Shown here piece by piece: positions 42,678 to 54,856 of a stretch of DNA of 64,000 bases. A model generated the notes under the pieces. It did not search any database, was not told where the DNA came from, and saw only the letters and a program-made list of their open reading frames with translations. Position numbers and translations under genes: made by a program. How positions within the stretch are numbered: the first letter of the stretch is position 1; the number at the start of each line of letters is the position of its first letter. Source of the DNA: an uncultured Actinomycetota bacterium (GTDB taxonomy: Bacteria > Actinomycetota > Actinomycetes > JACCUZ01); the NCBI GenBank assembly GCA_963839955.1, contig CAWIXB010000001.1, forward strand, positions 3,672,248 through 3,736,247, in the 5' to 3' direction.

Positions 42678-43538
42678 TCACTTGAGCAGGCGCGAGAGCC
42701 GACGGTCGGCCAGCGGCTTGCCACCCGTCTGACAGGTCGGGCAGTACTGCAGCGACGAGTCGGCGAAGGACACCTCGCGCACCTCGTCGCCGCAGACCGG
42801 GCAGGGCAGGCCGGTGCGGCCGTGCACCCGCATGGCCGACTTCTTCTCCGCCTTCAGCTTGCCGGCGCCGAGACCGCGGGAGCGCTCGACGGCGTCCTCC
42901 AGGACGTGTCGCAAGGCGTCGTAGAGACCTTCGACCTCCTCCTCGCGCAGGCTGCCCGCAACCCGGAACGGCGAGAGACGCGCCGCGTGCAGCACCTCGT
43001 CGGAGTAGGCGTTGCCCACCCCTGCGAGCACCGACTGGTCACGCAGGAGCCCCTTGAGCTGCTGGCGGGCGCCGCTCAGGATCGCCGCCAGCGCAGCGAC
43101 GTCGAAGCCGGGCGCCAGCGGGTCGGGCCCCAGACGGGCCACCCCGGGCACGTCGTACGGCGAGCGCACGACGTAGACGGCGAGGCGCTTCTGCGTCCCC
43201 GCCTCCGTGAGGTCGAACCCCGAGCCGTCGTCGAGGTGCACGCGGGCGGCGAGCGGTCCCTTGCCGGGCTTGGGCGGCACGGAGGACAGCGACTCGCTCC
43301 ACCGAAGCCAGCCGGCGCGGGCCAGATGGGTGACGAAGTGCAGGCCCGAGACGTCGAGGTCGAGGAACTTGCCGAGCCGCTGGACCCCCGTCACCTCGAG
43401 CCCCTGAAGGGCGCTCACGGGCGGGTCGTAGGTCTTGAGCACGCTGAAGGCGGCCAGGTCGACCCGTGCGACCACGCGGCCGACCGCACGCTCGGTGAGG
43501 AAGTCGGCCAGCGCCTGCACCTCGGGAAGCTCGGGCAC
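42678..43538 (-). CDS. Fpg/Nei-family DNA glycosylase
   Basis: GTG 43538 gives (M)PELPEV, the catalytic N-terminus. C-terminal zinc finger CPVCG...CPTCQ. Confidence 0.85.
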   Translation of the reverse strand: MPELPEVQALADFLTERAVGRVVARVDLAAFSVLKTYDPPVSALQGLEVTGVQRLGKFLDLDVSGLHFVTHLARAGWLRWSESLSSVPPKPGKGPLAARVHLDDGSGFDLTEAGTQKRLAVYVVRSPYDVPGVARLGPDPLAPGFDVAALAAILSGARQQLKGLLRDQSVLAGVGNAYSDEVLHAARLSPFRVAGSLREEEVEGLYDALRHVLEDAVERSRGLGAGKLKAEKKSAMRVHGRTGLPCPVCGDEVREVSFADSSLQYCPTCQTGGKPLADRRLSRLLK

Positions 43539-43774
43539 CGCTCGATTCTGCCGCACGGGCCATCCGAGTGGATGTGTCCAGTCGGATGACCCTTCTGCCG
43601 AACTCAAGGGAGACGCGCCGGCACGCCTCCGCAGGTGTCGTCCGGCCCGGTCACGCGGAGGCGCCTGGTCTCAAGTTTCGTGCACGACGGCTCGCCCACA
43701 GACGCGGCGCCGGTTCCGGGAGGAGGGGCCCGGGACCGGCGCCGTTCCAATGTCAGGCGCACCTCACACGCCCG

Positions 43775-43858
43775 TGCGCGAGGGGGGAGTTGAACCCCCA
43801 CGTCCTTTCGGACACACGGACCTGAACCGTGCGCGTCTGCCTATTCCGCCACTCGCGC
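43775..43858 (-). tRNA. tRNA-Leu (anticodon CAG)
   Basis: Folded by hand. Acceptor GCGCGAG/CTCGCGC, anticodon stem CACGG/CCGTG with loop TTCAGGT. Variable arm GTCC-GAAA-GGAC, T-arm GGGGG-TTCAACT-CCCCC. Confidence 0.9.
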
Positions 43859-44038
43859 GAGCGCCGAAATGCTACCAGCCGTGACGATGCCGACCCGGTG
43901 GCCGATCCGCCCCCTGGCACCGTGAGGCATAGCCCCCAGCCGCACGGGGAACAGGCACCTTCCAGCGCCCGGATACGATCGCGTAGCCGGGCCTTGACGT
44001 ATGGAGATGCCCCGGCCAATCGGCTGAGGAGGTGAGGC

Positions 44039-44776
44039 ATGGGCGTCCTGCAGCGCTTCGAACGGCGAATCGAGGAGATGGTGAACCGGCCCTTCGCCCG
44101 TGCCTTCAAGGCCGAGGTGCAGCCCGTCGAGATCGCCAGCGCCCTCATGCGTGAGTGCGGCGACCGGGCCGCGATCGTCGCGAAGGGCCGGACGATGGTG
44201 CCCAACGAGTTCACCGTGGCGCTCGGTGCACATGATCACGAGCGTCTCAGTGTCTATGCCGGTCCGCTCGGCGAGGAGCTCGCCTCGATGGTGCGCGACT
44301 ACGCGCAGGAGCAGCGCTACTCCTTCCTGGGCCCGGTCACCGTTGTCTTCGAGCGCGACGAGGAGCTCGACACCGGGCGCTTCCGGGTCCGCAGCACGGC
44401 GGTGGCCGGCGCGGTGCCCAACACCGCTGACCGGGGTACGACGGGCGTGGCCGTAGGCGGCGACCGCGGGACCCCGTGGCTCGAGGTCGGGCGCACGACT
44501 TACGCACTCGCCGGTCCGGTGACCCGGGTCGGGCGGGGCAATGAGACCGACCTGCGCATCGACGACCCCGGCGTCTCCCGCAACCACGCAGAGTTCCGCG
44601 TTCGGGACGGCGAGGTCACCGTCATCGACGTCGGGTCGACCAACGGTGTGGTGGTCGAGGGCAGGCGAGTGAAGCAGGCACCGCTCGACGACGGCGCCAC
44701 CGTCGTGCTCGGCAACACGACGCTCGTCTACCACTCCGGCTCCGGGGCCGGTTCGATGCCCGGCTCGATGCCATGA
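44039..44776 (+). CDS. fhaA: FhaA (DUF3662 + FHA domain)
   Basis: MGVLQRFERRIE N-terminus and C-terminal FHA domain (GRGNETDLRIDDPGVSRNHAEF). Confidence 0.85.
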   Translation: MGVLQRFERRIEEMVNRPFARAFKAEVQPVEIASALMRECGDRAAIVAKGRTMVPNEFTVALGAHDHERLSVYAGPLGEELASMVRDYAQEQRYSFLGPVTVVFERDEELDTGRFRVRSTAVAGAVPNTADRGTTGVAVGGDRGTPWLEVGRTTYALAGPVTRVGRGNETDLRIDDPGVSRNHAEFRVRDGEVTVIDVGSTNGVVVEGRRVKQAPLDDGATVVLGNTTLVYHSGSGAGSMPGSMP

Positions 44777-45276
44777 GCGAGATGTCCGAGCTCACCCTCA
44801 CGATCATCCGACTCGGCTTCCTGGCGGTGCTCTGGCTGTTCGTCCTGACCGCGGTCAAGGTCATGAGCTCCGACCTGTTCGGCCGGCGCGTCACCAAGGG
44901 TGCCGGCCGGCGCCCGGCTGCTGCTCCCGCCCCGCGCCAGCAACGACAGGCCAAGCCACCCAAGCCCGCGAAGGGCAAGCGAGGGGTGCCCAGCGTCCTC
45001 GTCGTGACGCAGGGTGCCCTCGCCGGCACGAGCGTGCGCCTCGCCGAGGCAGCCGTCACACTCGGCCGGTCGCAGGAGTCCACCATCGTGCTCGACGACG
45101 ACTACGTGTCCAGCCGGCACGCGCGGGTCTTCCCGCGCAACGGTCAGTGGTACGTCGAGGACATGGGCTCGACCAACGGCACCTACCTCGAGCGGGCCAA
45201 GGTGAGCGGTCCGACCCCGGTGAAGATCGGCACGCCGATCCGTATCGGCAAGACCGTCGTCGAGCTGCGGAAGTAG
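44773..45276 (+). CDS. fhaB: FhaB/FipA (TM + FHA domain)
   Basis: ATGA overlap with fhaA. FHA motif GRSQESTIVLDDDYVSSRHARV. Confidence 0.85.
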   Translation: MSEMSELTLTIIRLGFLAVLWLFVLTAVKVMSSDLFGRRVTKGAGRRPAAAPAPRQQRQAKPPKPAKGKRGVPSVLVVTQGALAGTSVRLAEAAVTLGRSQESTIVLDDDYVSSRHARVFPRNGQWYVEDMGSTNGTYLERAKVSGPTPVKIGTPIRIGKTVVELRK

Positions 45277-45280
45277 GCCG

Positions 45281-46627
45281 ATGGCGCTCGCGCTCCGCTA
45301 CGCCGCTCGCTCGGACCTGGGTCTGATCAGGGACGGCAACGAGGACTCCGGCTATGCCGGACCTCGCCTTCTCGTTGTCGCCGACGGGATGGGTGGGCAC
45401 GCGGCCGGCGAGGTGGCGTCGACCATCGCAGTGCGCATCATGGCCAATCTTGACGAGGACTCACCCGGCGGTGACCTGCTCGACGAGCTGACGGCGGCGG
45501 TCAAGGACGCCAACGCCCACCTGCGCGACATGGTGGCGGGCGACCCGGACCTCAACGGCATGGGCACGACGCTGACCGCCCTGCTGCGCGCGGGCTCGCG
45601 CTTCGGCCTCGTCCACGTCGGTGACTCGCGCGCCTACCTGCTCCGCGACGGCGAGCTCCAGCAGATCACCCGCGACCACACGTTCGTCCAGGGACTCGTC
45701 GACGAGGGCCGGATCACCGCGGAAGAGGCCGACCACCACCCGCAGCGCTCTCTGATCACCCGCGCACTCGACGGACGCGACGAGGTCGAGCTCGACCTGT
45801 CGGTGCGCGAGGCGCGCGAGGGCGACCGCTACCTGCTCTGTAGTGACGGACTGTCCGGCGTGGTCAGCGAGCGCACCATGCAGGAGACGCTGGCCGAGAC
45901 CAAGGAGCCCGACGAGGCGGTCAGCCGGCTGGTCGAGCTAGCGCTGCGCGGGGGCGGCCCGGACAACATCACCGCGATCGTGGCGGACGTCGTCAACATC
46001 GAGGTCGTTCCCTCCGCGGTCCCGGTGACCGTGGGGGCGGTGTCCGAGGGCGCCGCACGCCGCCGCACCACCACCGACTCGGCCGCCAGCAAGGCGGCCG
46101 CCCTGTCGCCGCAGCCGGACGAGGTCGGCGACGACGACTCCGACGACGGACCCCAGCGGCACTGGGGGCGCCGCATCGTCTTCCTGCTGCTCGTGCTCGG
46201 CCTGCTCGGCGCCGGCGGGTACGCCGCGTGGAACTGGTCGCAGCAGCAGTACTACGTCGGTGCCGACCAGGAGAACGTCGCGATCTACCGTGGCCTCACC
46301 CAGGACGTCGGCCCTCTCAAGACCTCCCGGCTCTTCGAGACCGAAGACGTCGTGCTCAGCGACCTGCCCGCCTTCCACCGCGAACGCGTCGAGAGCGAGA
46401 TCCCGGCCGCCGACCTCGTCGCGGCCAAGCGCATCGTGTCCACGTTGCGCGAGCAGGCGGCGCTGTGCCGGGCCGAGAAGGCCGCCTCGGCCTCTCCCGC
46501 TCCGACCGCGACCGCTTCGCCGTCGCGGTCGCGCGCCGCGTCACCCAGTCCGAGCGCGCCCGCCTCGCCCAGCCCCGGCTCGTCCGCGTCGCCCGGTACC
46601 TCCACGCAGTGCGGGAACAGCTCATGA
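45281..46627 (+). CDS. pstP: PP2C-family Ser/Thr phosphatase
   Basis: NEDSGY, VADGMGGH, LLCSDGLS and GGPDNIT motifs, followed by a TM segment. Confidence 0.9.
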   Translation: MALALRYAARSDLGLIRDGNEDSGYAGPRLLVVADGMGGHAAGEVASTIAVRIMANLDEDSPGGDLLDELTAAVKDANAHLRDMVAGDPDLNGMGTTLTALLRAGSRFGLVHVGDSRAYLLRDGELQQITRDHTFVQGLVDEGRITAEEADHHPQRSLITRALDGRDEVELDLSVREAREGDRYLLCSDGLSGVVSERTMQETLAETKEPDEAVSRLVELALRGGGPDNITAIVADVVNIEVVPSAVPVTVGAVSEGAARRRTTTDSAASKAAALSPQPDEVGDDDSDDGPQRHWGRRIVFLLLVLGLLGAGGYAAWNWSQQQYYVGADQENVAIYRGLTQDVGPLKTSRLFETEDVVLSDLPAFHRERVESEIPAADLVAAKRIVSTLREQAALCRAEKAASASPAPTATASPSRSRAASPSPSAPASPSPGSSASPGTSTQCGNSS

Positions 46628-48027
46628 GCCGGCGCAACCCCCGCCCCCCGCGCCGGCGCAACCCTCGCAACTCCGAGCTCGTCCTGCTGATCTTCGCTGT
46701 CGTGCTCGCGATGGCGGCGTGGGCATCGGTCGGCCTTGCCCAGGAGGGCGCCATACCCCCAGGCATGGCGGGCTACGGCGGCGGGCTTGCGGTGCTGTTC
46801 GGTTTCGCTCACGTCACGCTGCGCCGCTTCGCCCCGGACGCCGACCCGGTGCTGCTGCCGGCGGCCGCGTTCGTCAACGGGCTCGGCCTCGCCGTCATCC
46901 ACCGGCTCGACCTGGCCGACGCCGACCGCGCCGCGGCGCGTGGCATCGAGGCACCAACCGCGGCCGCCCCTGCCCAGCTGACCTGGACAGCGGTCGGCAT
47001 CATCGTCTTCGTCGTCGTGCTGGTCATGATCCGCGACCACCGCATCCTGCAGCGGTTCACCTACACCGCGATGCTCGCCGGCCTGGTCCTTCTCGTGCTG
47101 CCGCTGCTACCGGTGATCGGTACGACGATCAACGGCGCCCGCATCTGGATCCGGCTCGCGGGGTTCTCGTTCCAGCCCGGCGAGCTCGCCAAGCTGGTCC
47201 TGCTGGTCTTCTTCGCCGGCTACCTGGTCATCAAGCGCGACGTGCTCGCCCTCGCCAGCCGGCGGGTCCTCGGCATCGACCTGCCTCGCGGCCGCGACCT
47301 CGGCCCGATCCTGGTCGCCTGGTTGGCGAGCCTCGGCGTGCTGGTCTTCGAGCGTGACCTCGGCACGTCGCTGCTGTTCTTCGGCGTCTTCGTCGCCTTG
47401 CTCTATGTCGCCACCGAGCGTCTGTCGTGGCTGCTCATCGGCCTCGGGCTCTTCCTGTCCGGCTCGTTCCTCGCCTGGTCGATGTTCTCCCACGTGCAGG
47501 AACGCGTCGACATCTGGCTCAACGCCTTCGCCGGCCGCAACGTGAGCGGTGACAGCTACCAGCTCGTGCAGGCGCTGTTCGGCATGGGCACCGGCGGCAT
47601 CCTGGGCAAGGGCCTTGGCCAGGGCCGGCCGGACATCGTGCCCTACGCAAAGACCGACTTCATCATCGCCGCGATCGGCGAGGAGCTCGGCCTCACCGGG
47701 CTGATGGCCCTGCTCCTCGTCTACGCGATCATGGTGCAGCGAGGGTTGCGGACGGCGGTCGCGGTGCGCGACTCGTTCGGCAAGCTGCTCGCGGCGGGGC
47801 TCGCGTTCAGCCTGGCGCTGCAGGTGTTCGTCGTCGTCGGCGGGGTGACCCGGCTGATCCCGCTCACCGGCCTGACCATGCCGCTGCTCTCGCAGGGCGG
47901 TTCGTCGCTTGTCGCGAGCTGGGCGCTGGTCGCCTTGCTGCTGCGCGTCAGCGACGCGGCGCGCCGGCCCGCGCCGCCACCGGCCGTCTCGCTCGAGGAC
48001 GCGAGCACCCAGGTGGTGAGGCTGTGA
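46624..48027 (+). CDS. rodA: FtsW/RodA/SpoVE-family peptidoglycan polymerase
   Basis: ATGA overlap with pstP. SFQPGELAKL and PLLSQGGSS motifs. Confidence 0.9.
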   Translation: MSRRNPRPPRRRNPRNSELVLLIFAVVLAMAAWASVGLAQEGAIPPGMAGYGGGLAVLFGFAHVTLRRFAPDADPVLLPAAAFVNGLGLAVIHRLDLADADRAAARGIEAPTAAAPAQLTWTAVGIIVFVVVLVMIRDHRILQRFTYTAMLAGLVLLVLPLLPVIGTTINGARIWIRLAGFSFQPGELAKLVLLVFFAGYLVIKRDVLALASRRVLGIDLPRGRDLGPILVAWLASLGVLVFERDLGTSLLFFGVFVALLYVATERLSWLLIGLGLFLSGSFLAWSMFSHVQERVDIWLNAFAGRNVSGDSYQLVQALFGMGTGGILGKGLGQGRPDIVPYAKTDFIIAAIGEELGLTGLMALLLVYAIMVQRGLRTAVAVRDSFGKLLAAGLAFSLALQVFVVVGGVTRLIPLTGLTMPLLSQGGSSLVASWALVALLLRVSDAARRPAPPPAVSLEDASTQVVRL

Positions 48028-49475
48028 ACGCGCCCCTGCGCAGGCTTTCACTCGCCGTTCTGGTGATGTTCGGCCTGCTGCTCGCCAACGTCAACTACCT
48101 CCAGGTCCTCAAGGCCGAGGAACTGCACAACGACCAGAGCAACCCGCGGCTCATCCTCGAGGAGTACTCCCGCGAGCGCGGCCCGATCCTGGTGGCGGGA
48201 CGGCCTGCCGCCAAGAGCGTCGAGACGAACGACCGGTTGAAGTTCGAGCGCCGCTACGACAACGGCCCGCTCTACGCCCACTCGACCGGCTTCTACTCCC
48301 TCGTCTACGGCGCCACGGCGGTCGAGGCCACGCGGAACTCCGTGCTCTCCGGCACCGACGACAGCCTGTTCGTTCGTCGCGTGATCGACCTGCTGACCGG
48401 CGAGCAGCCCAAGGGCGCCAGTGTCGCGCTGAGCCTCAACCCGCGCGCGCAGCGAGCGGCTGTGGCGGGGCTGGCGGGACGCAAGGGTGCAGTCGTCGCG
48501 ATCGACCCGTCGACGGGCGCCATCCTCGCGATGGTCAGCACCCCGTCGTACGACCCGAACGAGCTGTCGTCCCACGACACAGCAGCCGTCCGCAAGTCCT
48601 ACGCGAAGCTCAACACAGACCCCGACAAGCCCATGCTCAACCGCGCCCTGCGCCAGACCTACGCACCGGGCTCGACGTTCAAGATCGTCACGTCGGCGGC
48701 GGCGCTGGAGAGCGGCAAGTACAAGCCCGACAGCAAGGTCTACGGCGGTGCCCGCCTCGACCTGCCGCAGACCACCGCCAACCTGCCCAACTTCGACGGG
48801 CAGCCGTGCAACCCCGGCGGCGGGCAGGCGACCTTGCAGGGTGCCCTGGAGCGCTCGTGCAACGCCGCCTTCGGCCGGATCGGCCTGGACCTCGGCGCCG
48901 AGGCGCTGCGCAGCCAGGCCGAGAAGTTCGGGTTCAACGACACGTTCGACATCCCGATGGACTCGGTCGCCAGCAGGTTCCCCGACGAACCCAACGAGCC
49001 GCAGACGGCGCAGTCCGCCATCGGCCAGTTCGACGTGCGTGCCACGCCTTTGCAGATGGCGATGGTCGCGGCGACCGTCGCCAACGGCGGGAAGATGATG
49101 GCGCCCTACCTCGTGCAGGAGGTACGCGCCCCCGACCTGTCGGTGCTCGACACGACGCGCGCCAAGGAGCTGCGCGAGGTCATGACCCCGCAGTCGGCCG
49201 ACGCGCTCAAGCAGATGATGGTCGGCGTCGTCGAAGAGGGCACCGGCAGCAACGCGCGCATCGACGGCGTTCGTGTCGGCGGCAAGACCGGCACCGCCCA
49301 GCAGAACGAGGACCGAAAGCCGCACGCGTGGTTCGTGTCGTTCGCCCCCGCTGACGACCCCAAGGTCGCCGTGGCGGTTGTGCTGGAGGACGGCGGCGGC
49401 GCGCCGGAGGTCAGCGGCAACCAGCTCGCGGCGCCGATCGCGAAGCGGGTCATGCAGGCGGTGCTGCGCCGATGA
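48024..49475 (+). CDS. pbpA: Class B penicillin-binding protein
   Basis: Active-site motifs SxxK (GSTFK), SxN (SCN) and KTG (GKTGTA). GTGA overlap with the upstream gene. Confidence 0.9.
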   Translation: MNAPLRRLSLAVLVMFGLLLANVNYLQVLKAEELHNDQSNPRLILEEYSRERGPILVAGRPAAKSVETNDRLKFERRYDNGPLYAHSTGFYSLVYGATAVEATRNSVLSGTDDSLFVRRVIDLLTGEQPKGASVALSLNPRAQRAAVAGLAGRKGAVVAIDPSTGAILAMVSTPSYDPNELSSHDTAAVRKSYAKLNTDPDKPMLNRALRQTYAPGSTFKIVTSAAALESGKYKPDSKVYGGARLDLPQTTANLPNFDGQPCNPGGGQATLQGALERSCNAAFGRIGLDLGAEALRSQAEKFGFNDTFDIPMDSVASRFPDEPNEPQTAQSAIGQFDVRATPLQMAMVAATVANGGKMMAPYLVQEVRAPDLSVLDTTRAKELREVMTPQSADALKQMMVGVVEEGTGSNARIDGVRVGGKTGTAQQNEDRKPHAWFVSFAPADDPKVAVAVVLEDGGGAPEVSGNQLAAPIAKRVMQAVLRR

Positions 49476-50872
49476 CGCCCGACACCGATGTCCTGTTCGG
49501 CGACCGATACCTGCTCACCGACCGCATCGCCGGCGGCGGCATGGGCGAGGTGTGGACCGCGACCGACCAGGTGCTCGGCCGCGACGTCGCGGTGAAGGTC
49601 CTGCGCCGCGAGTACGCCGACGACCCGACGTTTCTGCAGCGGTTCCGGGCCGAGGCCCGGCACACCGCGCTGCTCTCCCACCAAGGCATCGCCGCGGTCT
49701 TCGACTACGGCGAGGACGACGGCTCGCCGTACCTCGTGATGGAGCTGGTGCGCGGCGAGCCGCTCTCGAGCCTCATCATGCGCGACGGAGCCATGACGCC
49801 GGAGCAGGTGCTCGACGTGGTGGCACAGTCGGCCTTCGCCCTACAGGTGGCCCATGACGCCGGGCTGATCCATCGCGACATCAAGCCCGGCAACCTGCTG
49901 CGTACGCCGGACGGCACGGTGAAGATCACCGACTTCGGCATCGCACGCGCCACCGACTCCGTACCGCTGACGCAGACCGGCTCGATCATGGGCACGGCCA
50001 ACTACATCTCGCCCGAGCAGGCCAGCGGGACCTCGGTGACACCGGCCAGCGACATCTACTCCCTCGGCGTGGTGGCCTACGAGTGCCTCGCCGGTCGGCG
50101 GCCCTTCGACGGGAACACGCCGGTCAGCGTGGCGCTCGCCCAGGTGCGCGAGGAGCCGCCGGCACTGCCGGCCGACATCCCCGGCCCGATCGTCGCCCTG
50201 GTCATGCGGATGCTCGCGAAGGACCCGGCCGCGCGGCCGGCGAGCGCCGGCGACGTCGGCCGGGAGGCGCAGGCCCTGCTCGCGTCGGGTACGCCGCTGG
50301 CCGCAACCCCGCAGACGCGCACGATGAAGGCGCCTCTCGACACCGACGCCACGCGCCAGGTGGCCTCGCCGAGCCGCCCCACGAGCAGGGTTCGCGTCCC
50401 ATGGGTCGTGGCGCTCGCCGTGCTCGCCGTACTGCTCGTCCTCTTGGTGCGCGCGTGCGCGACCGAGGCCACCTCACCCGACAACGCCGGGAACGCCGGG
50501 GGCGCCGGATCGAGCGGCAGTGCGAGCCCGACCCGGAGCGCCACCACGCAGGCAGCCACATCGGTCCTGGTGAGCGCCGCCGACTACGTCGGCCAACCGG
50601 TCGCGGAGGCGCGCGCGGCTCTTGTCGCGGACGGGCTGCGAGTCGATGTGGTCGCCGCCGGCAAGGGCGCCGAGCGTCCCGTAGGTACCGTGGAGGACGT
50701 GTCACCCACCGGTGAACTCGAGCGCGGCAGCCTGGTGACGCTCTCGTTCGTCGGCGAGACGACGGAGCAGGAACCGGACGACGGTGAGAAGGATGAGAAG
50801 AAGGGCGACGACGACGAGAAGGCCGACGACGAGCCGGGCGAGTCGAAGAAGAACCGCCCGGGTTCGGGCTGA
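49472..50872 (+). CDS. pknA: Ser/Thr protein kinase PknA-like
   Basis: GGGMGEV, HRDIKPGN and DFGIA motifs, one TM segment and an acidic tail. Confidence 0.85.
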   Translation: MTPDTDVLFGDRYLLTDRIAGGGMGEVWTATDQVLGRDVAVKVLRREYADDPTFLQRFRAEARHTALLSHQGIAAVFDYGEDDGSPYLVMELVRGEPLSSLIMRDGAMTPEQVLDVVAQSAFALQVAHDAGLIHRDIKPGNLLRTPDGTVKITDFGIARATDSVPLTQTGSIMGTANYISPEQASGTSVTPASDIYSLGVVAYECLAGRRPFDGNTPVSVALAQVREEPPALPADIPGPIVALVMRMLAKDPAARPASAGDVGREAQALLASGTPLAATPQTRTMKAPLDTDATRQVASPSRPTSRVRVPWVVALAVLAVLLVLLVRACATEATSPDNAGNAGGAGSSGSASPTRSATTQAATSVLVSAADYVGQPVAEARAALVADGLRVDVVAAGKGAERPVGTVEDVSPTGELERGSLVTLSFVGETTEQEPDDGEKDEKKGDDDEKADDEPGESKKNRPGSG

Positions 50873-50884
50873 GGGAGCGTTGGG

Positions 50885-52641
<1,757 letters not shown>

Positions 52642-52645
<4 letters not shown>

Positions 52646-53307
52646 ACGCCACCCTCGCCGGCACCGGCCGCGACGGTGCCCACGACCGGTGCGAGGCCGA
52701 CGCTGCGCGCCGGCGCGTCCGGGTCGCCGCACGTCACCAGCCAGTTGGCCAGCAGCCGGTGCCCACCCTCGGTGAGCACCGACTCGGGATGGAACTGCAC
52801 GCCCTCGACCGCGAGGTCGCGGTGGCGCAGCGCCATGACAACCCCGCCGGCGGTCGCACCCGTCACCTCGAGCTCGGTCGGCACGCTCTCCGGGTCCACG
52901 GCGAGGGAGTGGTAGCGCGTGGCCGTGAACGGGCTGGGCAGTCCGGCGAGTACGCCGGCACCGTCGTGCACCACCTCACTGGTCTTGCCGTGCAGCAGCT
53001 CCGGCGCGCGGCTCACCTCGCCGCCGTACGCCGCGGCGATGGCCTGGTGACCGAGACAGACGCCGAGCACCGGCACCCGACCGGCCACGTGACGGACCAG
53101 CTCGACACAGATGCCGGCGCGTTCCGGCGTTCCCGGTCCGGGACTGAGCAGCACACCGTCGTACGCCTCGGCGTCCTCAGGCGCCACCTCGTCGTTGCGC
53201 CGCACGGTGCAGTCGGCGCCCAACTGCGCGAGGTACTGGACCAGGTTGAAGACGAAGCTGTCGTAGTTGTCGACGACCAGGATGCGCCGCCCCGAGGCGG
53301 CACTCAC
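52642..53307 (-). CDS. trpG: Anthranilate/aminodeoxychorismate synthase glutamine amidotransferase component
   Basis: ILVVDNYDSFVFNLVQYL, GVCLGHQ and FHPES motifs. GTG at 53307. Confidence 0.85.
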
Positions 53308-53462
53308 TGTTCGACCGTCACGTCGAGGAAGGGCAACGCGTCCTCCGCCCAGGGAAAGACGATGGTGAAGAGCAGCGCGACCAAGGCTGCCACGAGAACC
53401 AGCGAGACGAGGGTGCGCACCGGCCAGGGGCCGGGAAGATGACGCCAGATCCAGGGATACAT
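53304..53462 (-). CDS. Small (52 aa) single-TM protein, not in the ORF track
   Basis: Hand translation: MYPWIWRHLPGPWPVRTLVSLVLVAALVALLFTIVFPWAEDALPFLDVTVEQ. The ATG directly abuts the sortase stop, and its own stop overlaps the trpG GTG as GTGA. Confidence 0.5.
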   Translation of the reverse strand: MYPWIWRHLPGPWPVRTLVSLVLVAALVALLFTIVFPWAEDALPFLDVTVEQ

Positions 53463-54137
53463 CTAGCCTCCCGCCGCGAGCACGTCGGGCGCGCCGTCGG
53501 CTACCGGCTGCGAGTCCTCGAGATGGGCAAAGACGATGAGCCGCTGCGTCGACGCCCACCGCGGATTGCAGGTGGTGAGCGTCAGCAGGCGCTCGGTCGG
53601 CTTGGTGCCGGTCTCGCCGGGCACCGGGGCGATGACCCAGACGTCGCTCGGTTGCACGATCTGGGTCTTGTCAACCCGGTAGGTGAACCAGGAGTCCTTC
53701 GTCTCGACGACGATCGCGTCGCCCTTGCGCATCCGGTCGAGGTGAGCGAACGGCTCGCCGTGCGTCGCTCGGTGCCCGGCCACGGAGAAGTTGCCCACCC
53801 GTCCTGGCGGCACGGTGTCGGGATAGTGGCCGACCCCCTTCGCGAGGTCGTCGAGGTTCACGCCCTCGACGACCGGGACGCTGAAGTCGTCACCCAGACG
53901 CGGAATGTGCATGAACGCGAACCCCTTGCCGAAGTCGGTGGGCTTGACCGGCTTCCCTGCTGGTTGCGGGTCGGCCGCCGCCCAGTCGTGGCGGATCTGG
54001 TCGGCCACCTTGTCCGCGGCGCGGTCGGCCTGCACGTTCGTCCAGATCAGCTGGTAGGCGCAGAACAACAGCACCACGACGCCCGCCGTGATGAGCAGCT
54101 CCCCGACGCCACGCATCACAGCACGAACGGCGTTCAC
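53463..54137 (-). CDS. Class E sortase
   Basis: VAGHR and LTLTTCNP (TLxTC) catalytic motifs. GTG 54137 overlaps the upstream stop as GTGA. Confidence 0.85.
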   Translation of the reverse strand: MNAVRAVMRGVGELLITAGVVVLLFCAYQLIWTNVQADRAADKVADQIRHDWAAADPQPAGKPVKPTDFGKGFAFMHIPRLGDDFSVPVVEGVNLDDLAKGVGHYPDTVPPGRVGNFSVAGHRATHGEPFAHLDRMRKGDAIVVETKDSWFTYRVDKTQIVQPSDVWVIAPVPGETGTKPTERLLTLTTCNPRWASTQRLIVFAHLEDSQPVADGAPDVLAAGG

Positions 54138-54856
54138 CCGGCCGCCTCGGCGTGCTGGAGCTCTAGTGCGCCGGCGAAGCCCGGCAGGCGTACGTCGGTG
54201 AGCGTCTTCGTCTCGTAGCCGAGACCGAATCGGTCGGCGTAGTAGCGGAAGAGGGCGACGTTCGCCGACGCGTCGAGCTCCTGGCGCATCCGGTCGGGAT
54301 CTCCGATGGCCGTGACGACAAACGGCGGGGAATAGACCCTGCCCTGCAGGATCAGCGTGTTGCCGACGCAGCGAACGGCGCTCGTGGAGATGATCCGCTG
54401 GTCCATGATGCGCATGGCTTCGGCGCCGCCGGCCCACAGCGCGTTCACCACCGCCTGCACGTCCTGCTGGTGCACGACGAGGTCGTCGGGGCTGGTGCCT
54501 TCAGGGAGCAGCCGGTCCGCCGCGCGCGGGGCGTCGGAGAGGCTCACCGACATCCCCGGGCCGCGTACCGCCTCCAGACCTGCCGCGGCGGCCAGCGTCG
54601 CCGACCTCTGGGCCTCGGCAGCCACTCGCCGGTCGGCCGCGCCGGCACGCTCGGTCGCATCGTCGACCTCCGACCGCAGCTGGTCCACCTGGCGGGTGGC
54701 GTCGTCGACCGTGGACTCCTGGGCGCGGATCAGGTCAGGCAGCTCGGTACGGGCGCCGCGCAGCTCGCCGCCTCGCGAAGCACCCGCGCTCGCGGCGAAG
54801 AGCAGCCCGGCCAGCCCGAACGCGACGGGCGCCGCGAGCCGCCACATTGCGCGCAT
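54134..54856 (-). CDS. DUF881 domain protein (Rv0012-like)
   Basis: Signal anchor, a coiled segment, and the VHQQDVQAVVNALWAGGAEA and TAIGDP motifs. Confidence 0.8.
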   Translation of the reverse strand: MRAMWRLAAPVAFGLAGLLFAASAGASRGGELRGARTELPDLIRAQESTVDDATRQVDQLRSEVDDATERAGAADRRVAAEAQRSATLAAAAGLEAVRGPGMSVSLSDAPRAADRLLPEGTSPDDLVVHQQDVQAVVNALWAGGAEAMRIMDQRIISTSAVRCVGNTLILQGRVYSPPFVVTAIGDPDRMRQELDASANVALFRYYADRFGLGYETKTLTDVRLPGFAGALELQHAEAAG

